A stretch of 64,000 bases of DNA, from positions 26,660,001 to 26,724,000 of the forward strand of contig NC_043015.1 in assembly GCF_006345805.1 (NCBI RefSeq), written 5' to 3'. A model generated the notes under the pieces. It saw only the letters and a program-made list of their open reading frames with translations, ran no database searches and was not told the DNA's origin. The DNA comes from Octopus sinensis (taxonomy: Eukaryota). The translations under genes and the position numbers were made by a program. Positions 53,799-64,000 of this stretch are shown here, one piece after another (position 1 is the stretch's first letter; the number at the start of each line of letters is the position of its first letter).

Positions 53799-54619
53799 AT
53801 ATATAATATATATATATATATAATATATATATACTTTCAACAACAATTGAGGAACGGCCTCAATAGGCCATTCGACCCACTAGAAAGAGCAGCCAGGACT
53901 CAAACCGCCAGGAATAGGGTAATGTTTTTAATTTTCCTTTAATTCTGAATTACTACTACTTGGCGGTTTGAGTCCTGGCTGCTCTTTCTAGTGGGTCGAA
54001 TGGCCTATTGAGGCCGTTCCTCAATTGTTGTTGAATTTATATATACAGTCTCTGACTATTTTCTCTTTTTCACTAGACCGCTGGTGGCGAAAAAATTTCT
54101 ATTTAATTTTTTGCTACCCTATATTGATTAATTGATGATTTTCTGACTAATTCTGAAATTGAATCAGCAGTTAATATTAGCTGCTGATAAGTTTGGCGCG
54201 ATTACGGTGGGTTTCAAAATTTTAGGGCAGATATTCCCGGGGCATAGAAACTGCCTCCTCGTGTATATCTGTCTCTCCTGGCTTCTTTACCGATGAGACG
54301 TAGCCTTTGGTAGATTGACTTGATTAAGTTTAATTTAATTTAATTAGGCTGGTTTGCCATTAAAAACGTCGAAACAATGCATTGTCTAAAGATGAATAGG
54401 GTAAATGTTTTTTTAATTTTCCTTTAATTTCTGAATTACTACTACTTGGCGGTTTGAGTCCTGGCTGCTCTTTCTCGTGGGTCGAATGGCCTATTGAGGC
54501 CGTTCCTCAATTGTTGTTGAATTTATATATATAGTCTCTGACTATTTTCTCTTTCTTAGTAGACCGCTGGTGGCGAAAAATTTTCTATTGAATTTTTTGC
54601 TACCCTATATTGATTAATT
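53558..54619 (+). mobile_element. Non-coding HHR-bearing tandem element (retrozyme/pLTR-like), ~482-bp monomer, 1.5 copies, with inverted 5' segments
   Basis: Direct repeats 53912-54133 / 54394-54619; perfect 75-bp inverted arms 53836-53910 / 53961-54035; extra arm 53558-53605. Confidence 0.85.
54284..54392 (+). ncRNA. Type I hammerhead ribozyme (U4C core)
   Basis: Stem I UCUUUA/UAAAGA, core CCGAUGA, stem II GACGU/ACGUC, GAAAC, 12-nt palindromic stem III ACAAUGCAUUGU, GUC triplet (cut after 54386). Confidence 0.85.
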
Positions 54620-54621
54620 AT

Positions 54622-54735
<114 letters not shown>

Positions 54736-54774
54736 TGTATGTATTTGTGATGTGTTTATGTATATATATGTTTA

Positions 54775-54990
54775 TGTGTGTGTCTTTGTATCTATGTTTG
54801 TGCCCCACAATATTGCTTGACAACCGATGTTGGTGTGTTCACGTCCCCGTAACTTTGCTGTACGTCTAAAGGCTGATAGAATAAGTAAAAGGCTTACGAA
54901 GTCTTGGGGTCGATTTCTTTCCAGTAAAACCCTTTCAGGCGGTGCTCAAGCATTGCCGCAGTCAAATAACTGAAACAAGAAAATAGTAAA
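54775..54990 (+). mobile_element. SINE body and tail
   Basis: gcttgacaaccgatgttggtgtg...ggcggtgctcaagcattgccgcagtcaaataactgaaacaag. Confidence 0.8.
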
Positions 54991-55062
54991 ACAGTATGTG
55001 TATGTGTGTGTGTGTGTGTGCATGCACGCACACACACATACACACGAAGACATATATGTAGA

Positions 55063-55111
<49 letters not shown>

Positions 55112-55294
55112 GTATGTATGTAGTTACGTATGTATACATGTATGTGTGTATGTATATATATAATTTAGAGAAAAAAACCCTCTATTAAACAATCCAATAA
55201 TGAAAGATGTTATTCACACCATATAGAAAACATATACTATAAAATACGTAATCTAAAAATCAATAAAGTACAATAAATAGTATATATATATATA

Positions 55295-55468
55295 ACCAAT
55301 GGCCCAGTGGTTAGGGCAGCGGACTCGCGGTCGTAGGATCGCGGTTTCGATTCCCAGACCAGGCGTTGTGAGTGTTTATTGAGCGAAAACACCTAAAAGC
55401 TCCACGAGTCTCCGGCAGGGATGGTGGTGATCCCTGCTGTACTCTTTCACCAGAACTTTCTCTCACTC
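55295..55468 (+). mobile_element. Second tRNA-derived SINE family (tRNA-Arg-like head)
   Basis: A box tggcccagtgg, B box ggtttcgattcc, then a non-tRNA body. Confidence 0.75.
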
Positions 55469-55470
55469 AT

Positions 55471-55622
55471 AGGCGCAGGAGTGGCTGTGTGGTAAGTAGC
55501 TTGCTAACCAACCACATGGTTGCGTGTTCAAATAATAAAATCACATGGTTGCGTGTTCAGTCCCACTGCGTGGCATCTAGGGCAAGTGTCTTCTGCTATG
55601 CCCCGGGCCGACCATTGCATTG
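55471..55622 (+). mobile_element. SINE head with an 18-bp duplication around an 11-bp insert; runs into gap
   Basis: cacatggttgcgtgttca at 55513-55530 and 55542-55559. Confidence 0.8.
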
Positions 55623-55722
55623 NNNNNNNNNNNNNNNNNNNNNNNNNNNNNNNNNNNNNNNNNNNNNNNNNNNNNNNNNNNNNNNNNNNNNNNNNNNNNN
55701 NNNNNNNNNNNNNNNNNNNNNN
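55623..55722. other. Assembly gap (100 N)
   Basis: Direct reading. Confidence 1.
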
Positions 55723-55732
55723 TTATATATTA

Positions 55733-55771
<39 letters not shown>

Positions 55772-56445
55772 TGCCGCCGTACTGAAAATCATGGAAACCT
55801 GCAGCTCCGTGTCATGAGTGTGTTATCAATTCTTTCGGTTTGGTAAGACCCCGTTCATTCATTTCAATTGGTACAGCCCTGTTTATGTCATTGCCTGAAT
55901 TGCGTTGGTAGTATTCCTGCTTAGAATCACACCCTGTTTTGCAGAGGGGGCACATTGAAATTGTTGAACTTTCTTGAAGTATATGGAGAAAAAAATAAAT
56001 GTGCGAAAAAGAGTTGCACCTCCATTAAATGAATATCTAGAAATATATCAGTTTATTATCACTCACTAACTCATTTGCACACTGTTAGGCAATATGTTGC
56101 ACACACTCATACACACACACACTCACACACGCACATGTAAACTCGTATGCATATATAAATATGTATACGAAAATGCATACATATATTTAAACATAAATTC
56201 ATGGATAAAGGAAAGCAAATTGTTAAGCATAAGCGCACGTAAAAGTTACAAACAGATGGAAATATGCGAAAGGCTGTCTTCAAATGTTCGAAATAGAATG
56301 GACAAAAGCTGCAACGGAATAGATTTTGACAATTTGAAGAACTGATAAAGACATCAACAACAATAACAAAAACCATGAAGCGGTGCAATAATAATAATAG
56401 TAACAACAACAACGACAGCAACATTAACAACATTAGCAACAAAGA

Positions 56446-56464
56446 CTATAATAATAATAATAAC

Positions 56465-56514
<50 letters not shown>

Positions 56515-56529
56515 CAACAACAACAACAA

Positions 56530-56560
<31 letters not shown>

Positions 56561-56635
56561 AAGAAGAAGAAGAAGAAGAAGAAGAAGAAGAAGAGAAGAA
56601 GAAAGAAGAAGAAGAAGAAGAAGAAGAAGAAGAAA
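56446..56635. repeat. Compound (AAT)n-(AAC)n-(AAG)n microsatellite
   Basis: Direct reading. Confidence 0.95.
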
Positions 56636-56654
56636 AAAAAAAAAGGTGAATTAC

Positions 56655-56740
56655 AGCATGAACTTCCAACTTGTCTCTTTAGGTCTCTGGGTGAGACTTG
56701 GAGCCAACTTGTACAAATGTAAAGCAAAAGTCAAACAAAA
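56655..56740 (+). mobile_element. Very short 3' end of an R4/Dong-type LINE
   Basis: catgaacttccaac..ggtctctgggtgagacttggagccaacttgtacaaat..aaagcaaaagtcaaac followed by (AAT)n; family assignment from recall only. Confidence 0.5.
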
Positions 56741-56759
56741 TAATATAATAATAATAATA

Positions 56760-56800
<41 letters not shown>

Positions 56801-56807
56801 TAATAAT

Positions 56808-58653
56808 GACAGGCATTGTTATGTGCCAAGGATCCTGAAAAGAGAAATGTTGCATCCAACTTTTGACGAATAACATGCCTTCCACTTATGTGGAAACTCG
56901 TGTTAGGTGCTTTGGGCGGTGAACTGTATAGATATTTGGTAAAAACTGGGCTGCTAGCTATTGAGCAGAAAGGATGTCGAAAAAGGAGCCGAGGAACGAA
57001 GGATCAGCTCTTGATTGATATTCTAATAATCAGCAACTGCAAGAGAAGACATACAAACCTGAGTATGGCATGGGTTGACTATCGCAAAGCATACTCCTGG
57101 ATAATAAGAACAATGGAAATGTATGGAGTAGCAGAGAATATAAGAAGCCTTGTATGGAATAACATGAAATACTGGAGAATGGCATTGACAGCAAGGATGC
57201 AAGTACTAGGGGAGGTGAAAATCAAAAGAAGAATCTTCCAGGGGGCAGTGTCCCCACTGATATTCGTGCTAGGAATGATGAGACAAAGAAAGCTTGCCAG
57301 GACAGACGACATATGGATGCAAAATGGTGAAATGATGAAGGCAATCCAACCTTACTGCAGTTATAAATACCTGGGAATACTTGAAGCAGATAAAGTCAAA
57401 CACCACGACATAAAAGGAAAGGTAAAAAAAAGTATCTGAGGCGAATTAGAAAGATATTGACTTCAAAGCTGAATGGCAGAAAAAACAATAGTTCAGTATG
57501 GTATGGAATCATGAAATAGACAGTGGAGGAGATAAAGATGGACAGGAATTAACTAAACTTCTAATGAACCATAGAACCCATCATCCACCGTCAGACACTG
57601 ATCGCCTATACATGAAGAGAGCAAATGCAGGAAGGGGATTGATAAGAGTGGAACACTGTGTGCGTATCGAACCTGAGAACATAATGAGATGCCTAACCCA
57701 AAGCAAGGAAACCTTGCTAGTCACAGTTAAGAACTAGGTGGTATTGAGAACAGAAAAAAAAGGAAAAACAAACGAAGTAAAAAGGCACATGAAGAGGAAT
57801 TACGCAACAAGTCACTACAAAATCAATTCCATGGAACCACAACAGAAGTTACTGGGAAAATAGGTGGTATTGACTGATGAAAGGAACCCTAAAAAAAGAG
57901 ACCGAGAGCACTATATTGGCAGCGCAAGTCCAAGCTTTGGCTACGAACTAGAGGGTCAAACTGAGGAATGAACAAGTGTCTCCGCTGTGCAGCATCTGCA
58001 ACGGGATGGATGAAACCATTGCCCGCATCATGAACAAATGCCCTAGGCTTGCCCAAAACCACGACAAGTTGTGGCGATGCGAACAAGTAGTGAAAGTGTT
58101 ACGTTGGAAACTGTGCAAAAAGTGGGGCTAGAGAGAGGCAAGATGTGGCCTGAGCGCAAACGGCAGGGAGTGACAAAGTCGGAGACGAGCAAAATCCTCT
58201 GGGATTTCCCACTACAAACAGATCAGGTGCTAGAGCATAGCAGACCAGATTTAGTGGTGGTGGATAAGGTGCACTACATATGCTATATAGTTTATATTGC
58301 ATACCCCTCTGACCCACGAATAATCAAGAAAGAAGGCGAGACCATAGATAGGTACAACCCGGTTAAGTATGAAGTATCCAGGCTATAGAAAGGGTAGGTG
58401 AATGTAGTGCCAAATATTTCTGGGTCCTTATGAATAGTAGCAGAAGGTATCAAGATGAATATAAATGGAATTGGAATAGAGTGTCCAGTAGAACTGTTAC
58501 AAAAGGTTTGCCTCCTTGGCACGGCCAGAATAATCAGGAAAGTAGTAGTTAGCTGAAAAGAACGAATAACATGGTGCAGTAGGCTGCAGGTGGTAAGCCC
58601 GCTACGCATGCAAGACTCCAGGAGCTCCATGAAAACCTGTGATTAAGAGAAAA
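56808..58653 (+). mobile_element. R4/Dong-clade LINE, 5'-truncated and internally deleted (RT, CCHC, restriction-like endonuclease)
   Basis: [92 protein letters not shown]; (AAT)n tail. Confidence 0.92.
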
Positions 58654-58684
58654 TATAATAATAATAATAATAATAATAAAAATG

Positions 58685-58733
<49 letters not shown>

Positions 58734-58897
58734 CAACAAAAACAACAGCAACACCAACTGCAACAGCATAGCAACAGTAACAGCAACAACAACAACAACA
58801 ACAATAGCAACACCAGAAACAGCAACAACAGCAACAACAATAACAATAACAATAACATCATCATCATCCTCATCCTCATCATCATCATCATCAACAT

Positions 58898-58971
<74 letters not shown>

Positions 58972-58994
58972 CAATAATAATGATAATAATAATG

Positions 58995-59039
<45 letters not shown>
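58654..59039. repeat. Compound (AAT)/(AAC)/(ATC) microsatellite
   Basis: Direct reading. Confidence 0.95.
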
Positions 59040-59042
<3 letters not shown>

Positions 59043-59591
59043 CCCTGATGCAGTACCAGGCAGTGGCTCTCATGGCTTCTGATCTTAACTGATTGGAAGT
59101 GTTATCATGTACATTGTTTTGTCTTGGTATAAAAGAAGGGCTTACAGCAAATATTTTGCTCAATACCACAGATTTGCTTGTCAGTTGTTTGACCTTAACC
59201 AGTTGAGCATGTCCCTTAGTGGCTGATGATATGTGCATCTCTGATCACGAGCAGAAGTAGTGGGGGATCCATAGCCATGTGTTGAGAGGGATTCTTTGGG
59301 GTTTGAATGATTCACCTCTGGAAACATGGGGGTTCTTTCAACATCCTTAAACAACCCTTTCAGGGACCGTTTTGAGCGGGATGGGCTATTCAACCAAAAG
59401 AAAATTCTAACTGAGCCCACCTGCAAGGTCATGTGCTGTTTATCTTGATATGAGATCACCATGTCGCGCACATATGGTTGTGATACATGTGCCTGGTGTA
59501 CCTTTATCAGACGGGTAGTCATGATGGGTATATTGGGCTTCGTATATTTTACCCCAGTGTCACTTTGATGGCATGCACTGCTCTCTCACTC
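59039..59591 (-). mobile_element. ~550-bp non-coding retro-repeat inserted in (AAT)n
   Basis: Flanked by (AAT)n on both sides; minus-strand 3' end ..ctgcatcagggcatt runs into (TTA)n; resembles an abundant octopus repeat (recall). Confidence 0.55.
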
Positions 59592-59620
59592 AATAATAAT
59601 AATAATAATAATAATAATCA

Positions 59621-61058
59621 AATGAGACAGCAAAACCAGAAAACTACAGACCAATAACCTGTCTCCCTACAATGTACAAAGCATTTACTGCAGTGATATC
59701 GCAAAGGTTGAACAAGCACCTGGACGAAAACAACCTGTTCCCAGAAGAGCAGAAAGGATGCCCGCAAAGGCTCATGGCTGTAAATCAACTAATGATTAAT
59801 AAATCCATAATTGAAGACAGCCACAGAAAGAAGAAAGGCCTCAGTATGGCCTGGATCGACTACAAAAAGGCGTTTGATAGCATCCCCCACACATGGATCC
59901 TCGAAACACCAGCCATTAACAAAATGCACCAACAATTATAAAATTCATAGGGCACTCTATGAATAAATGGCAAAGAGTGCTACAGCTCCAACCAAAGAGG
60001 GGACTCATGAAAAACGAAGCCATCCCCATTAGAAGAGGAATATTCCAGGGAGACACGCTCTCTCCACTCCTTTTCTGCTTGGCACTGTCACCTCTATCTG
60101 ATATGCTAATAGAACTGGATGCGGATATAAATGTTACGGCAAAACGATCAGCCACCTTTTATATATGGATGACCTAAAACTATACGCTGCAAATGACAAA
60201 CAGCTGGAAACACTATTAAAGACAGTTCATGGATTTACCAAAGAAATAGATATGAAATTTGGATTAGAAAAATGCGCCAAAGTAACCCCGAAAAGAGAAA
60301 AACTAGTTAAGAGTAGCAACATCACACTAGTTAAAACCAATGAAATAAAAGAATTAGACCAAAGCTAAACTTACAAATGCTTAGGAATCCATGAACTAGA
60401 TAAGACACAACACACACAAATGAAAGAGAAAATAAAAAAAGAATATTATAGACGAGTTAGATCAATACTAAAAACGGAGCTCAATGCTAAAAACAAGATA
60501 ATAGGTATTAACACTTTAACTGTCCCAGTTATAAGTTGCAGCTACAATATCCTTAACTGGACACTAAATGAACTGATCAAAATAGATACGAAGAAAAGAA
60601 AAATAATGACAGGATCTGGGATGCATCACCCAAAATCTGACATAGAAAGACTATATATACAACGTATAGAAGGTGGTAGAGGCCTTATACAGCTGGAAAA
60701 CTACTATAAAATAACCACCGTAGGACTGCAAAAATATCTACTTCAGAAGGAAGGAAAACTGATACAAATAGCGGCAAAACACGAGCATAGCAAAAAACTG
60801 TTCTCAGTATTTAAGGAAGCTGACAAATACAAACAAGAATCATACCACCTAATAAATATGAAGAGAAGAAGAAGAAGAAGAAGAAGAAGAGAAGGAAAGA
60901 AGAAGAAGAAGAAAGAAGACGAAGAAGAAGAAGAAGAAAGTAGAAGAAGAAGAAGAAGAAGAAGAAGAAGAGAAGAAGAAAGAAGAAACAAATCACAGCA
61001 CATACCTAAGGCACACAAGCTGCGCTCGGTAGTGAAGTGAAGCACGCTATAAAAATAA
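59621..61058 (+). mobile_element. R4/Dong-clade LINE fragment: RT to 60860, (GAA)n, then 3' UTR end 60988-61058
   Basis: NYRPITCLPTMYK, PEEQKGC, AWIDYKKAFDSIPH, GIFQGDTLSPLLF, MDDLKLY, DIERLYIQRIEGGRGL; endonuclease region absent. Confidence 0.9.
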
Positions 61059-61140
61059 AGAAGAAGAAGAAGAAGAAGAAGGGGAAGAAAAGAAGAAGAA
61101 GAAGAAGAAGAAGAATAAGAAGAAGAGAAGAGAAGAATAA

Positions 61141-61171
<31 letters not shown>

Positions 61172-61211
61172 AGAAGAGAAGAGAAGAAGAGAAGAATAAG
61201 AAGAAGAAGAA

Positions 61212-61242
<31 letters not shown>

Positions 61243-61290
61243 AAAAGACGAAGAAGAAGAAGAAGAAGAAGAAGAGAAGAAGAAACAACA
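61059..61290. repeat. Imperfect (GAA)n microsatellite
   Basis: Direct reading. Confidence 0.95.
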
Positions 61291-61794
61291 TTCTTCCCTT
61301 TGCAAAAATCTTTTTTTTTTTTTTCCAAACACAATTGAACTCAGAAATTAAAAGAAAAAAAATCATAGAGTGAATATCAAAAATATGCGTATGAATATAC
61401 ATATATATATACATATGTGTATAGGTATATATATATAGCTGGATTGCTTTTCAAGATAACGCTGGTACTAGTAAACAGGTTTGACCTTTTCCTGACCCAA
61501 AATGTCCTTTGTCCACCATCTGATGAATCTATTTATAGAACATGACCACTCTACCCGCGGTGATGGTGATAGTGAGAATAATAATAATAATAAGCTACCG
61601 CTGTGACTACACATAAAACAATGTCATTGATGATGATGATGATGATGACAGTGATGACAGTGATGATGATAATTCTTATTTTATATTTGTTTATTATTTT
61701 TTTTTCTCGTATTTTATTCTCATTTTTTCGAACTAATACAGCGAGAGTGAACCTTTCATAAGTTTAAAGAAATAAATGAATAAATAAATAAAAA

Positions 61795-64000
61795 GAAGGG
61801 AAACTATGCCCGGAGATAAAACTATCACAAAAAAAAATACAGACGAATACAGATCTGCTAGCCTTAGGAACTACGCTACGAACAATGTTTACGTGCAGAA
61901 AATCCTAAACTGACAGATCCGTCTCTTAATGTAAGAGTCGAAGCTCGTCATGCTTCAAGGTCAACAAATCAAACAATACCGCATTGGTCATTGCGCGGAT
62001 TACAAAGGACCACGTACCCGAAAATTGAACCAAAGTCTGATTGAAAAATCAGCTACTGGATCAAATCTTCCCGACACACAGGAGCTGGACGTACCCCGCA
62101 ACTGGAATATTCCAACAGATGGCCATCCATGCTCGTCACCAAACACTCAAAAGAAAAAGAAGGAAAAATGGACTAGGGAAGATAATAAAGAAGTTCTTGC
62201 AGCCTTCTATCATGCCATATATTTCCCCACAGATAAATCGAACACTATACAAACCTACATAAACTGGAGACAGAAACACCCTGAAGTAAGACCCTACATA
62301 GACAGTAACAAACTTGCCAACGTCAGAAGAAACATTATAAAAAAAAAATTACTGACTGAAGTAGAGATTGATCAAATTAAACAAGCAGTAACGGAGAATG
62401 AATGAACGAGCTGCAGCTAAAGAAGAAGAAGATAATACAGAGGAAATAATTATAGACCAGCTCAGAGCTAATACAAAAACGAAGTAAGGATTGAAAGAGT
62501 TAGTATAAGTGATAGGCAAAGTGAAATACTCCCTGAACCAAATATAAACACACTAAGACAGATGAACATCAAATAGATGAAGAAAGTCACACAATATTGA
62601 CCCGACAGAACTACATGAGCTAAAAAGTCAAATCATGATTGAATGGATGAAAATTAAAGAAACCAGTATGGATGAACGTGATACACTCCCTAAAATACGC
62701 AAATCTAACCAAAACATGAAAATAATTGGTAAATCCGGCTTGCACTTAAGGATATAATTTCAGCTAATGATGTTGATATCACAGATCTCAACCACCTATA
62801 CTATGCATCCGCGAAAATCTCAACGATCCTATGTGGTGAACAGATTAGAAAACGGCAACATTTCCACAAAAAGCCTTCTTGGCAAGAGCGTTTGCACAAC
62901 AACAAATTAAACTATTTAGATCTGACATTGAATATTTGAAAAACCTTAAGGTTCATAAGACTACCAACCTGCAAAAACCCAAAAACTAATGAAAAATATA
63001 ATATGAAAACTATACTTGATATTGATGCCACCATAGAAAACATCAAGCAAAAGGTATCTGCTAAAGCTGCCCGCATAGCGAGGTATGAAAAGCGTATTAG
63101 ATTCTACAGGGACAACAACATGTTCAAAAATAACCCCAAACATTTTTACAGGAAGATAGGAAAACAACAGTTACTGTAAAGTCTGTACCATCAAAAGAAG
63201 AAGTGCAGGGATTTTGGAATAAAATTTGGGCAGAAGAAAAAACACACAGCGAAAAGGCCCCCTGGATTGATAGAATATCTAAAGAACTGGACTCCTTAGA
63301 AGAGCAAAAGTGGGGGGTGTCAAGGTAGAAGATATAAGATCTGCTCTCAGGAGGTCAAGCAAATGGAAGTCTCCAGGAAAGGATAAAATACCTAACTTTT
63401 GGTTGAATGCCTTCCAGAGAGCCATGAACTGCTAGCACAGAACTTTACAATGATGTTTTGCAACACCCTAGTAGGATGCCTCCTTGGCTAGTTAATGGGT
63501 TAACATTCCTGCTTCCAAAAAGTGAAGAAACAAATGAACCAAAAAACTATAGACCCATAACCTGCTTAACAACTATGTATAAACACTAACATCTGTCCTG
63601 ACGGAATATACCTATAGTTTTTTGACAGACAGCAGCATATTCCCTAATGAACAGAAAGGATGTAAACGTGGATCCTACGGTTGTAAAGATCAACTACTCA
63701 TCAATAAGATGATCTTAGAAGATTGTCACAAACGACACAAAACTTATCAATAGCCTGGATAGACTATAAAAAGGCTTTTGATAGCCTACCACATAGCTGG
63801 ATTAATAAATACCTAGAAATGTATAAGATAGCACCTGCTCTGCGAAACTTTTTGTCTGTAAGTATGAGATCATGGAGAACCACACTAACTTTGAACAGTG
63901 ACAATGAATCTCTAAATGCTGGTGATGTAAAAATTTCATGTGGCATTTTCCAGGGTGACTCACTATCACCGCTCCTCTTCTGTTTAGCCTTAATACCTCT
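61795..64000 (+). mobile_element. R4/Dong-clade LINE including N-terminal region; runs off the window
   Basis: KWTREDNKEV N-terminal motif (61950-62405), WKSPGKDK-like, NYRPITCL, EQKGCKRGSYGCKDQLLIN, AWIDYKKAFDSLPH, GIFQGDSLSPLLFC; several stops and frameshifts. Confidence 0.92.

Noticed and set aside
55295-55355. tRNA gene
   Set aside because: A and B boxes are present but there is no acceptor stem, and it continues into a SINE body

Overview
AT-rich, microsatellite-saturated eukaryotic window, most likely from an octopus genome (inferred from recognisable cephalopod SINE families). I cannot support any host exon. Nearly all non-microsatellite DNA is transposon-derived: RTE, CR1-like, L1/Tx1 and R4/Dong LINEs; Penelope-like (GIY-YIG) fragments and pseudo-LTRs (pLTRs); a head-to-tail Helitron array plus a second Helitron helicase fragment; an internally deleted mariner; and several tRNA-derived SINEs. 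The most striking signal is about a dozen minimal type I hammerhead ribozyme (HHR) motifs from several families, most abutting (TA)n tracts and often in fold-back (inverted) arrangements. Their core variants include a G3:C8 swap (GUGAACA), U4C (CCGAUGA/CCGACGA) and a possible A6U (CUGUUGA). The best case is a non-coding ~482-bp tandem monomer at 53.9-54.6 kb. It has a well-formed HHR whose predicted cleavage site lies 7 nt from the element's 5' end, so it is a retrozyme-like candidate. All folds and translations were done by eye and none has been computationally or experimentally verified.
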